Part shown: positions 12,301 to 24,077 of the stretch, one piece after another
Numbering within the stretch: position 1 is the first letter of the stretch
Layout: every line of letters starts with the position of its first letter
Assembly (NCBI GenBank): GCA_003568945.1
Contig: BDIP01000076.1
Location: forward strand, 1 to 33,301
Reading direction: 5' to 3'
Origin: Kipferlia bialata
Taxonomy: Eukaryota
DNA: 33,301 bases
Position numbers and translations under genes: made by a program
Notes under the pieces: model-generated
The model's database searches: none
What the model was told of the DNA's origin: nothing
Seen by the model: the letters and a program-made list of their open reading frames with translations, nothing else

Positions 12301-14698
12301 ACATCGATATACTTGTGTATACAATGTTGCCAGTATTGTGTTAGGTGTCATTGTGTACTGCGTATTCCTCACCCCAGTGCATGATTGTCAAGGGAGACAG
12401 CGGAGACGTGCCAGCATCCCTGGTGATACAGGGTATGTGGCATATTATGAGTGTATATGCACTGCATTTCATGATGTGATTGTACATATGTATGAATATA
12501 GCTAGTGGTTGCTCACCACCAGTGCCCGATGTTGGCACCCTAGAGCACCTTGTGACGCAGAGCCCCATCCTGCTGCCACTCAGACTGCAGCTGCTGAGGT
12601 ATATACACTAATATATATAGTCTATTATATATACCTACACTTGTATTTACGACTGTCGCTGAGACTCCACTCTCATCCCTAGGCAGTGGCTGTACCAGTG
12701 CCAGTCCGGCCTGTCCAACATGTGCTCAAGGTGAGGTCTCTATCTCTCTCTCTCTCTCAATATATTGATTTGGGTATAGGATCCTATTCTCACTCTCAGG
12801 CGTGTGTGTTGCTACACCATCCCAGGCACCCTCTGCTGCACTGTAGACACTGTACCTCAATACCTGCTGCAGTGCATGTCCCTGGGGAGGGAGGCATCGG
12901 CAGTCATAGGTACACACTCAATGTACTAATTAGTATATATGTGTATATATATAGTAAGTATACTATACAGTACCTGCTGCAGTGCATGTCCCTGGGCAGA
13001 GAGGCATCAGCAGTGATAGGTACACACTCAATGTACTTATTAGTATATGTATATATATATATATTTACTAACTCAATGTACTGATTAGTATATTTATATA
13101 TATATACAGTACCTGCTGCAGTGCATGTCCCTGGGCAGAGAGGCATCCGCTGTGATAGGTGGGGAATATTCATTCACAATTTCAGTTTCTTTGTATATTC
13201 TACGTTATACTAATGGTCACCATAGGCGGTGGATGTGAATTAGACTACTATGAGTCTCTGAGTGTACATAATATTCCCTAGTGCTATCTTACCCCCAGAC
13301 AAGCTCTTTGACCGGTCCACCTCCCTGGCCAGACAGGTGGGTGTCTAGTGCTCTCGCTTCATATCTCTAAACTATTTCTCTATACTATTAATTATTATAC
13401 TACTCTATTACCATCCCTGTCAACACAGTGTATTCTCATGTATATAGGCATCCCCCCTGGCTATTAGGATTATGGAACTGTCTTCGATGTTGTTTTCGTG
13501 TAATCTCTTGCTCTCTGTGTATAATATACATGTCGTATACTAACCCTAGGTCTGCGTCTTTGACTCTGTTCTGTTTGTGGGCGGTGCCACACACAGAGAG
13601 CTCCCGGAGTTTGTGAGGTACATTCATCGACACATGTATTCATACGCCTGTGTGTTCATATTGATCCATACTGATACTCATATTGATGCGCTGCAGTACC
13701 ATATCCATCTCTTCTCCTTTCTGATAGTGACACTATTCTTTTCTTTACTGGCATACTATGGCACCATGACTGACACTGACCCCAGACATGTGCAGGGAGT
13801 GCCTGTGATAGAGGTGCCCACCCCAAGTGAGGATCAGAGTGAGGAAGAGAGGGACAGGCAGCGTGAGGCCCTAGACGAGGCTGCCCTCTCCAGTCACATT
13901 CCCATGTCCATCATACCTGCCCCAAGGACAGAGGATAACCTGCTATTCGACGGCAGTCCCCCTGTCGACAAGAGGGAGATGGAGAGGGAGAGAGAGAGGG
14001 AGATGCAGGCGCAGCTGAGTGAGGCCTTGAAGGAGCCCCGGATCTCTAGATCTAATACAGAGAGTGGGGAGAGTGGGGAGACTGACGAGGGAGAGAGTGA
14101 GGGGGAGAGTGACAGTGACCTGCTGCCAGCTGGTGAGTCCACTCTGCTATCAGGAGTACAGGGCATGTCAGGTATAGCCGGTGCCATACCGTCCTTCTCA
14201 ACCCCCGGTACACACCTGACAGGGGGTAGTGGGGACTCGGTATCCTCCTCTGCACCTGGGGACAGGCCCTCTCTCTCCCTATCTCGCGGTACAGCCAAGA
14301 CACCGTGGAGAGGGACAATGGCTGTGATATCACTGGACCCACCAGTGTGGGAGGTACGATGAATACACACATGTATATATCACTGTAGATAATACAGTTA
14401 AATAGTATCTACTCACCCCAGCATCTAATAGGTGTCTATAAGGACAGAGTTTTCGAGGCCCTTAACCGGTATGGAGAGGACGTGAGACCGGGGGAGAGGT
14501 CCATTGTAACTCCACTGCTGAGGCTGGTACCAGAGCTAGAGAAGGAGACAGGTGGGGACGTTCATATCATCATTGTCTTGTTAGTATATATTCTTACTCT
14601 CAGAGCGCGCTATCGTGATGGCCTGTCTGCTAGCCTGGAAGCTCATCTCCATAGCACATGGGCCCATGTCGCTTGAGGAGGCGTTAGCCATGGAGTAG
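66..14698 (+). CDS. Large multi-exon uncharacterised protein, 5' end outside the window (dozens of short exons)
   Basis: Hand splicing at GT-AG sites keeps an open frame. Examples: 66-142 TIVGFNKCETVKGKLEVTERVFDVQ, 593-684 EFKSFDVLTATSQDYPFPLDDRVHFVLNIVK, 1159-1230 HQKDGLGARQSRPLAIGCPARADH, then later DSMLLVEVCGVDVPTRSILKDSFWHVD and GSINLSVSPSVLKDRLAIKRLIECANGLIGTP, long exon 13786-14353, 14422-14551, and terminal 14604-14698 (ERAIVMACLLAWKLISIAHGPMSLEEALAME*, TAG). Exons are GC-rich against AT-rich introns. No family recognised. Not every internal junction was checked, so it could be more than one gene. Confidence 0.8.
244..13158 (+). repeat. Intronic partial duplicates ('echoes') of adjacent exon ends in the large + strand gene
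   Basis: 5'-end echoes include 244-263, 338-372, 476-510 (exon 593) and 850-870, 942-980, 1058-1097 (exon 1159). 3'-end echoes include 725-784, 4921-4956, 4999-5034, 6778-6835, 6898-6955, 10447-10486, 12968-13019 and 13107-13158. Confidence 0.95.
4843..5037 (+). repeat. 78-bp tandem repeat (about 2.5 copies) spanning an exon 3' end, the donor site and the intron head
   Basis: AGGGTGAGGCTGATAGTCAAGGAC occurs at 4843, 4921 and 4999. The intron part is almost identical between the first two units. Confidence 0.92.
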
Positions 14699-14911
14699 AG
14701 AGGCTGATGTACTTTGCTACAAGTAGTGTACCAGTAGTATATGTACTTCAAGTATGCTGATTGCTGTTGCCCCTTATCGTTGTTTGTGTCTATTGTCCAG
14801 TGATTCTGGACAGGTGTTCCAGCACCAATGTGGTGTGTTGTAGAGGGTAGAGAGTATGGAGAGAGTATATTGTGTTCGATTAATAGACGTGTGATGATTA
14901 CTCTATTGTCT

Positions 14912-17888
14912 TCAGATTGCCTTGTGTGTGACATGCTTAGACCCCGCCACTGGGCTGTTGAGAGGGCGGTAGGGGCTGACTGAGGCTCTCTCTCCCTCCA
15001 CCGCTCTACACAGTATGTCCAGAGCTGACACCTCTCTATCCTCCCCACTCTCATGCCCAAGGAGGGACGTATCAGTGTCCTTCTCCCCCTCGAATACCTC
15101 TCTCTCTGCACTTGGAGATGGCTGGAACCTAGACAGGAAGAGGCGCTCTCTCTCTCGCACGTCCTCCTGTGCTAGGGCCTGCCTCTCTCTCTCCCTCTCA
15201 AGCAGCCTTGCCTTCTCTGCCTCTCTCTCTCTAGCGAGCTCTGCCCGTCTCTCTCTCCTTGCCATCTTCTGTGCCTCTCTCTTAGACATTGGCTGCAGGG
15301 TGGACACGACATCTGGGGACACAGGCTGCGAGGGGGGTAGCCGCTGGTGCTCCCTGGCACTGGCCTTCATGGCAATTCTCTCTCTCTCTCTGTTAGTGAG
15401 CCTTGGTGTGGGTCTGTCCCTAGGGGGTGGGGGAGGGAGCCTGCCACCGACACTTCTGCTGCGGAGAGGCCTCTGGGACACCAGCATCTGTGGCTCATGC
15501 TTGACCCGATACTGAGGGGTGGAACCATCTCTATCTCTTGATGGTGCTCTTGATGATGCCCTTCTGGAGGTGCTTGATGTGACACTGGCGGATGATGCTC
15601 TGCTGTACAGTCTGGTAGGGTACTCTGTCTTTGTCTCGGGGGTCCACTCTTCTTCCTCCTCCTTGGCTCTGAAGCGAGGGGACCGCCGGGACTGGCGACG
15701 CTTGGTCACTCGCTTTGGGGCAGGCTTGCCATCTGGCAGTCAGACTGGAAGAGAGTGATACCCATCAATGCAACAAAGATGTTCCAAAACTTCACATGTG
15801 ACATAGTCTACCCGGCAAAGATTGTTGTAGGGTAGCAGAGAGAAGTCTGAGACTACTCAGGGACTATATAGTTGCTGTAGTTTGGTACATGTACCTGGAC
15901 TGGTGTGGACTGACAGAGAAGGAGTGGATCTGCGGGTAGAACTGGCTCTGGAGGATGGTCTGGAAGCTGCCTTTTCCTGGCATTGAGTAACAGCGCCCGT
16001 CGAGTAAACAGACATCGCAGAACGTAGCTGAGGTTCACAATAGATAATAGAGACACACAGACTTCCATTGACCATACATGATATATCATCTGTTATAAAA
16101 GAGTCCTGCGTAACTGATGATACCGGTAAGTTACTTACCTCTTCTGTCAAGGGAGGGATCCTGGTGGGGTTGTACTCCTGAGGGTGGGTTACATTGAAAT
16201 GGGAATGATTGTGAGTCTAAAGAATGAATAGTGACCTGCAGTTGCAAAGACTATGAGAGACACTCCTGCTCAATATCATTGATACATATATAGTACTGTA
16301 TTCTTCACCTCAAAACTCCCCCTGGGGTGCTGGTGCTTCATGTGCTGCACAGCGCCACTTCTTACAGAGAACACCCTGAGGTATGAGAGAGTATAGCAGA
16401 TATATACCCATACTTGGCAAGTATGATACTTGCAAGAAAGAATGCGTAGCACACAGGAGCTTGTTAGAGAGTAGAGTACCCGATGCGGTTTCTCAACGGT
16501 GAAATACTATAATGTGTACCTTCCACATCCTTCCATCAGACACTGCCACCTAATGCCCCTGTGCACACCTTGGATGTGGGTCTTGAGGGCACCTGGGGTG
16601 AGAAAAGTGTGGATGATATGTATCTGGTGACATCGATGGTCTCTCTGAATCTGCAATGTGTGACCCCCATCTTATAGTCTAGTTGCTAAACGTGTCGCCA
16701 ATCAGTTGAGTAAGAATACTACCATTGTATATAATTGAGTGCATAGGATATAGACAGTGGCAAGAGATACCTCTCTGTGTGAACCTCTTGTCACACTCTG
16801 GACAGGGATAGGGCCTCTCATTGGTGTGGGTGTGGATGTGGTCCTTGAGATTGGCTGGTGGTTAGGAATGTCCCGAGAAGGAGAGTGGTGACGTTCAAAT
16901 AGTGATACTATACAAGATTCGTACTTCGTCTCTTGAACCCCTTGCCGCAGTATGGGCATAGGTGATCCTTGCCCTTGTGGGTCTGGGACAGGTGGCGGTG
17001 CAGGGACACTGGGAGTAGGAATATCCAGACAGTAGCATTGCTGCATTGTTCAGCTGACCAAGAAGGCAATATCGATAGAGAACATGTGAAGTGACTGCAA
17101 TACTAGTACATCCAGTGTATAGTGGTCTCTCGATACCTTTGTTCCTGAAGGTCTTCCCACACTTTGAACATGCATTGGCATCTGGTTGTAAGTACTCTCG
17201 AGTATATGTGTATGCTCTGTCTTCTCGTATACTTGAATATAACTGTAACAATTGAGTCAAGGGCCGTATTCACACTATTTGGACTTCTGTAAATTTCACT
17301 ACCAATGGATAGAAGAAGTATCCCACCTTGAGGCTCTGAGTCCGAGTCAGGCTCTGAGGCGTAGACAATCTCTCCACGGGTGTCGATTTGAGTCGCCATC
17401 ACTGCTGTTATATCAGAAGTGCATTCATACATAGTCACTGAGGTGTTATAAGAATATCGTTACCTGGCTGTTCCTTGTCTGAGTGCTCTAGGTCAGACGA
17501 TGACTCAGAGGCTACCCCACTGCCAGATGGAGGGACTGTATCCTCTGATGTAAGATGGCATGCCCCTGAGCAGAGAAGTTACAACATGTAACATGTTCTC
17601 AACATGTATTATGTGTCGGTGCTTGGATGTAGCGAACTATATACATAACTCATACCCATTGTGTCGTGACAAGTGAGACTAGAAAAAGAAATTGATATAG
17701 AGAGAGAAACACTGTAACACACCCGATGGGGGCAGTGCAGCCACTCTTGAAGCTCTACCTGCCGGTACACCTGTCCCAGTGAGTGGTGCCTTCTCTGAGG
17801 ACATCTCTTGTTTTACAGCAGTCTCTTCTTTCACTTCCACATCCCCCTCCGTTCTGCCCCTACATCCCCTACGAGGCCTATTCTTCAT
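14912..17888 (-). CDS. C2H2 zinc-finger protein (4 fingers), paralog 1, probably with a long Arg/Glu/Ser-rich C-terminal exon
   Basis: Exons 17888-17723, 17565-17464, 17437-17327, 17181-17137, 17008-16925, 16854-16771, 16592-16520, 16375-16309 and 16177-16139 splice to [108 protein letters not shown]. Small exons 16027-16014, 15976-15895 and 15863-15812 can join in phase to 15732-14912 ([21 protein letters not shown]...). An alternative unspliced end stops at 15857, so the 3' structure is less certain. Confidence 0.85.
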
Positions 17889-18608
17889 AGTCCCCAGGCC
17901 ACCCGTTGACCCTGTCTCGCACTAGACAGGGCCTTTACAGCAGTGTGGTGTTTCGACTGAGTAGAACCCCAGTCTACAGTTACAACCCACTCTGTTTTGG
18001 TAGGGTATGGGACTCTACGTCGAGAGCCTGTAGTAGACTTAGTAGTCTGCTGTGAACACCAAGCCAGGGGCAGACGCTGGTACTGGGCGTATACCAGTAG
18101 TATTGGCCTTGGTCACTGTAGAAGGAGCCATGTGCCAACCCTGTCTGCTGTACATTGAGGGCATCTCAAACATTCATAGAGGCTTTCAAGAGGTGTCAGT
18201 GAGAGTGTCATTGATTTCATAGATTTACTGTTAATATCTTTACTACTATTTTCAGGGAGTAGCCAGTGGCTACTAGCCACTCCCATACACTTTGCAGAAG
18301 GCCACCCCAATGACCAATAATAACTCGATTAGTGGATTCTGATATTGGATTCTGATATTGGATTCAATTCCCCCTCGTTGAAGGGGGATTTGCTGCAAAC
18401 TGGCACCATATCTACACTGAGTTAATAATGAACTCAATTTTCATTAGATATAATGAACAGACACAGCTTTCTGTGTGATCCCAACACTCCGCTGAAGAGT
18501 GAAGTCTCTCGAACAATACTTGGAGAATATTGAGGAGTCAAGAGAATTCTATTACGTCATTCCAAGCACATTACGCTCCCTCCCTCAATCGTCCTCTCTA
18601 TTTCAATA

Positions 18609-19090
18609 CTATGAAGAAGACTCCTTCGAAGACTCCTCCTCACTGCTTGATATAAGATCATCCATCCAGCCCAGGTCAGGTAGCGGTTCTTCTCCCACAG
18701 TCGAAGACCCCTCATCACTGCTAGACATATCATCTTCCATCCAGCGTAGGTCAGGGAGAGAGTCATCTCTCACGGTCGAAGAGTCCTCATCACTGCTTGA
18801 CATATGATCCTCCATCCAGCCAAGGTCAGGTAGGTAGTCTTCTCCGGCAGGCTCAGTGGTCACACAACTACTGACCCTCTCCTGTCCCACTACGGTGTGT
18901 ACAGTATCACCTGTAGATATACTAAATGATACGTGTTTTCCCTCTGTCACAGGGGGCGCAGTGTTAGATGCAGTAGGCTGTCCGAAAGGCACTCTTTTGG
19001 CTGGAGGGGGTGGAACCGTCAAGGGAGTAGACATAAGGGATAGGTCAAAGGAGAAGTCGAGGGCAGAGGGCTTTACGGCGGAGCCATGAA
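18609..19090 (-). CDS. Probable terminal exon encoding a Pro-rich segment plus three acidic 25-aa repeats
   Basis: ORF 19034-18609 extends upstream in frame to an AG acceptor near 19091 (LHGSAVKPSALDFSFDLSLMSTPL...). Its connection to upstream exons is unresolved. Confidence 0.5.
18612..18833 (-). repeat. 75-bp coding tandem repeat x3
   Basis: TCCATCCAGC recurs at 18661, 18736 and 18811. Units are LPDLGWMEDHMSSSDEDSSTVRDDS / LPDLRWMEDDMSSSDEGSSTVGEEP / LPDLGWMDDLISSSEEESSKESSS. Confidence 0.9.
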
Positions 19091-20145
19091 GCTATCGTTA
19101 ATACACCCCATAATATTACAACAAGTTTGGACGTGTTACAACAAATACGCATTCGTCAGACGTGTGTATCATGTAGCATAGTACTTCGTAAACCCTTACC
19201 AGCAATTGGTCTTGCTCAGAGTATGTGGTGGGCGCCTGCCAGTCACTTTCTATGGCACTGGTGTGAGTATATATCCGAAACTGGACACTGATCATATGTT
19301 TGCTAATCACGAATCCAAGTTGTAGTGCCGGGAAAGCTTACCTCTTGCCCTGATCGTTACTGGACAGAACAGGGATCGAGACCACTTCCTTCATATGGAG
19401 CTTCCACTTGTCAGAACACATCTCCAGGTCTGTATTACTCGTAACAAAGTGGGAGACATCGGTAGGATGGGGTTGTTTTGGAGACTGTGGAACGGTTGTA
19501 ACGCTTTCACTAGAAGAAGAGGCCTGATTGTTACACTGGAAAGAGACACATGATGTATATTAGTGAAGCACACACACGTCGTAGAATTTTGTGCCAGATG
19601 ACATATATCTTGAACATGATCATTGTTTCAACTATTGTATGGTTCACGGCGTATGAATGTTTGGTTGTGTTGTATCCTGAAGGTCCAGAGCGCAAATTTA
19701 GGACATATTCAATATGTCACATATTGATACATCCTGTGAGGGTGGCGTCGTGTTTGAGGTACAGAGGATGAAATCACACCACTCTGCAAGAACTTCTTAC
19801 AGTGTAATAAGGCCATCCAGCTATACATATATCATAAAGTCATCATTCAGCACACTCTCATGATTGACCAACTAACCTCTCTTTCCGAATATTGGTCAGT
19901 CAACTCCAGCTCTCTCTCTTGCATTACCCCTTCAAGCCTGATTGGACAGTTGATCTGTGGTAACAGGTCTCACAGGCACTCTTTACACCACTTTAACCAT
20001 CACTCGACACAAAGAAGAGATTGTTGTAATGCACCCACTGAGGTCCATTCAGTGCAATAGACTACATACTGGAGTTGCAAAGGTCATCATCCCAACCAAC
20101 TCACCAAACAGGTGCTGAGATATAATGAAGGGCAAGAATACTGAC

Positions 20146-20564
20146 CTTGTGGTCAACATCAGAATGGTACTTCTTCATGTGCGTTACACAGTTTGACTTT
20201 TGTGTAGTCATTCTGATGTTAGCAAGGTAACAAGAGCATTCCATAGTGTACTTCCTTCCAACATATTTGTGCAAAGTCAGTATGCATCGGGTGTTTTGAG
20301 TGCACAAAGAAGAATATTACACATACTCCTACTGAGGTAGTATGTGCAGTAGCACCTTAGTGTATAGAACACCTCACTTGTAGGAACACATTTCTGAAAT
20401 GTAAGGCCCTCACCTGTCACAGCACGGGCACCCCCACATGATGCCGTAGTGGACGGAATCAATGTGCACCTTGAGGTATCTCTTGGTAGCGAACCTCTTC
20501 TCACACTGCGGACCTTGAAATGGCTTCTCACCTGTGTGAGAACGTATTTGGGTGTCCATATTTG
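20146..20564 (-). pseudogene. Third, degenerate C2H2 zinc-finger module
   Basis: Exon 20564-20414 reads (A)NMDTQIRSHTGEKPFQGPQCEKRFATKRYLKVHIDSVHYGIMWGCPCCDR. It has the canonical HTGEKPF linker, but H>Q and C>G at zinc ligands. Exon 20212-20146 reads MTTQKSNCVTHMKKYHSDVDHK. These align to fingers 2-4 of the paralogs. No N-terminal exons were found. Confidence 0.6.
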
Positions 20565-20670
20565 CTAGCATTAATCAATGAACCTGCTCTGTCTACCTTA
20601 ATAGGCATATAGATCTGAGTCTCACATGTTACACTGTATACTGGGCAAGAGTGAGTAGCTCTGAGAGAGT

Positions 20671-22639
20671 CTAAAGTGGAGACTGCAGAGTAATTGAGAG
20701 TTGCTGCAGGTACCTGGACGTTTGTGCACTGAATTCTCTGGGATGGACCCAGCTCTGGAGGATGGTATAGAAGCTGTATGTTCCTAGGAGTAAGACAGTA
20801 TCTTTGCATGTGATAACATACATCACAGAGCGACGCTGAGGTTCATCTAGGACACTACGAATAAGGCAAGCTTCCATATAGCATGTATGTAACGTGAATC
20901 ATATATAGGGTGTCACAGTTGTTAGTTACTTACCTGTTCTGTCAAGGGAGGGACTCTGATGGGGTTGTACTCCTGTGGGTGATTTGTATGTCAATGAGGG
21001 AAAGATATGTAATCAGAAGTCTGTTAGAACCCACTGTTGCCACTTGCAAGTACTATCAAGGTGATACTATCAAGTTGATAGTATCAACAACTATTCGATT
21101 GTACTTGGAACAAGTTACCTCAAAACTCCCCCTTGGGTGCTGGTGCTTCATGTGCTGTACAGCGCCACTTCTCACAGAGAACACCCTGGGAAATGAGAGA
21201 AAGTAGCACATACTTCTCTGTGCTTGCAAGATTACTGGGTAGCAGGGGGCACTAGATACAGAGTAGAGTACCCAACTATGTGTTTGAAGAGTGAAACATC
21301 TATGTGCACCTTCCGCACCCGTCCATCGGACACTGCCACCGGATGCCCCTATGGACCCCTTGGATGTGGGTCTTGAGGGCCCCTGGGGTAAGACAACTTG
21401 AAGTTCATATGATATATATAGAGTGGATGGTATATGTCATTACATTGTAGTGTAGATTCTGCGTAGGATACTACACGATTTACCTTTCTGTGCGAACCTC
21501 TTGTCACACTCTGGACAGGGATAGGGTCTCTCATTGGTGTGGGTGTGGATGTGGTCGTTGAGATTGGCTGCACGTTAGTAGCATATGATGCCCTATATAT
21601 ATAGTAAGAATCAATTAGTTACTGTATAGAACACGTACTGCGTCTCTTGAACCCCTTGCCGCAGTATGGGCATAGATGGTCCTTGCCCTTGTGGGTCTGG
21701 GACAGGTGGCGGTGCAGGGAGACTGGGAGTAAGTCACGTGAGAGTAAGAGGCACTGCTACTAACACAAACGGCTGCAGGTCAGAATGGAGATTCATATAC
21801 AGGTATCGGTGGAGGGAGACTGTGAGTATAACAGGATGTCAGGATACCGCTAAGAGTATACTGCGTTAAAGCGATAGTAGAAATTGTTGCGAGCAATATA
21901 TACATGTACTAGTACTGTTCTTCCGTACCTCTGTTATTGAAGGTCTTCCCACACTTTGGACAGGCATTGGCATCTGGTTGTGAGTATAAGACAGAAGGCG
22001 GAACATTCAGGTCTTCCCTTTCCGATGTTAACTCTCACTTTACTAACACCAGTATTCGTGTTACCAGTATAAGATTATACAGTGTGGCACCTTGTGGCTC
22101 TGAGTCTGAGTCAGGGTCTGAGAGATAGACACCCTCTTTAGGAGAGTCGACTTGAGTTGCCAACACTGATACATCAGAGGGATATTGACTGATAGTTACT
22201 GAGGTGTTTTGAGAGTATAGTTACCTGGCTGTTCCGTGTCTGAGTGCTCCAGGTCAGACGAGGACTCAGAGGCTACCCCACTGCCGGATGTATGGGCTGA
22301 AGCACCTGCTGTGAGATGGCATGCCCCTGAGCAGAGAAGTCACAACATGTAACATGTTCTAAACATGTATGATACGGCGGTGCATGGATATAGCGTACTA
22401 TACAGACTATGTATTACAGAGGAGTCATAACCATTATATCGTGACACTTGAAGTGAGCAACACTCTAACACACCCGATGGAGGCAGTGCAGTCACTCTAG
22501 CAGCTCTGCCAGCACGTTCACTTGTCACAGCGGGTGGGGCCTTGTTTGATGGCATCTCTTGCTTTACAGCAGTCTCTTCTTTCGCTTCCACATCCACCTC
22601 CGTTCTGCCCCTACATCCCCTACGAGGCCTATTCTTCAT
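20671..22639 (-). CDS. C2H2 zinc-finger protein (4 fingers), paralog 2
   Basis: Same start ([14 protein letters not shown]) and same exon/intron positions as paralog 1. Fingers [33 protein letters not shown] and CPMDGCGR are intact and introns have diverged. It appears to stop at TAG near 20671, without the long tail. Confidence 0.82.
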
Positions 22640-23483
22640 AAGATCCAGGCCTGCCCTTGACCCTGTCACACTCTAGACAGGGCCCCTGTTGCTATGTAGT
22701 GTTTTGACTGAGTAGAACCCCGGTCTACAGTTTCCGCCTACTCTCTTGTGGCCGTGGTGGGCACTCTGTTTTTCGAGAGTGTGGGTGGCCTTAGTTGTCT
22801 GCTAAGAACAACCAGACGGTGGCAGAGACGGTACTAGGCTAATACCTGTAGTATAGGCCTTCGTCACTGTAGAAGGGGCTATGTGCCAACCCACTCTGCT
22901 ATACATTGAGGGTATCTCAAACATTCATAGATGCTTTCACGCCATCTTAGTGATAGTGTCAGCACTGAATTCATGGCACTATGGTATTTCCAAGGAAATA
23001 GCCACATAACGGTAATTAGAAACATAACGGTAGTCACATATAATTAGAGTACTACGGTGTTGTCATGGAAACTACAACGGTGTTGATCAACAGTACTTTG
23101 TGTAGTCTATACAACTATATAGTCTATAGTCTATATACAAATTGTTTTGCAGCGGAAGGAGAGAGGAGGAGGGAACCTCCCGGAGGGCACACCAATATAG
23201 AAACTATCTAGAGTCAAATTCTGGCCAAGTAGACAACACTCATTCTTCGCATACATGCCCATATCTATAGAATAATGTATGTACATACTTAAAATAGTTA
23301 TTATAGGCTGTACTATAGACTTTAGGTCCTGTATATAGTATGAAGAGCAAATGCATGATAGATCCCCTTGGTTCAATTGATACTGACGGAATATTCATAA
23401 TGATTATGAGATAATTAATAATGACTATAGCAGACTCCTATTGAATAGTATGACACATACAGTGGGATGGGGGGGGGAATCAT

Positions 23484-24077
23484 TTACGATATATAGTTAT
23501 CGAGGTGTCCAGCACACCTCTCCCTGTACTGATCGAGTGAGTCCAGTGCCAATGCCACCTTCTCCGCCTCAGAGAGAGAGGGGTCTCGGAGGGCATCTGC
23601 GGCACTTAGCATCACGCGTCTCTCTTCTGAGGTACTCACACTCTCCGACCCGTCATACGTGGTGACCTCCACAGCCCAGGGGTCGCTGACTGCCACCCAC
23701 TGGACATCCAGGCGTTCGTGGTTACGGCCTCTATACATCTCCTTTACCTCCCCCTCCCCCTTTGGCAGATACACCTCTAGGAGCCAGGCCAGAAAAGGCT
23801 GGAATCTGTATGGCTCGTATTTGTCCCCGTACCTCTCCTCCTCCTCAATACCCCTTGCAGCGCAGAGCTCCCAGTGCTGCTCGAGCAGGGCCTTGGCCCT
23901 CTCTGAGATAGTGACCCCGCCTGAGCCATAGGGGGGACTGTATACACAGGCTGTCTCTCCCTTGTGCCTCAGAAGGTATGCATCGTACGTGTCATCACCC
24001 TGCACGTAGATATCTCCCACGTGCTGTGCCTGAGGCATAGCAGGTTCAGCGGATGCCTCATTAGCTGTCTGTGCCAT
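23484..24077 (-). CDS. Intronless 197-aa hypothetical protein, paralog A of the divergent pair
   Basis: Clean ATG-TAA ORF with GC-rich coding composition. Shares DTYDAYLLRHKG, RF.PFL.WL, W..V..PW.V and DPSL...... motifs with the + strand neighbour. Confidence 0.85.
   Translation of the reverse strand: MAQTANEASAEPAMPQAQHVGDIYVQGDDTYDAYLLRHKGETACVYSPPYGSGGVTISERAKALLEQHWELCAARGIEEEERYGDKYEPYRFQPFLAWLLEVYLPKGEGEVKEMYRGRNHERLDVQWVAVSDPWAVEVTTYDGSESVSTSEERRVMLSAADALRDPSLSEAEKVALALDSLDQYRERCAGHLDNYIS

Noticed and set aside
244..13158. Ciliate-style pointer/IES programmed DNA elimination
   Set aside because: Where checked, a complete exon with both splice sites is present, so ordinary splicing yields the ORF without any rearrangement.
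14604..14698. Hexamitid-type genetic code (TAA/TAG = Gln)
   Set aside because: The spliced exons I reconstructed contain no internal TAA/TAG, Gln is CAG/CAA, and TAG/TAA fall at plausible gene ends (14698, 23484, 25436).
66..14698. Assigning the large + strand protein to a known family (e.g. SZT2-like)
   Set aside because: No diagnostic motif was recognised; it needs a profile or structure search.
13894..15515. Antisense ORFs 13894-14370 (-), 15015-15515 (+) and similarly 11303-11800 (-)
   Set aside because: They are shadows of GC-rich real exons on the opposite strand.
15850..22960. The two long direct repeats as LTRs or a transposon
   Set aside because: They are intron-containing zinc-finger paralogs. 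I saw no RT, integrase or transposase motifs, terminal repeats or target-site duplications.
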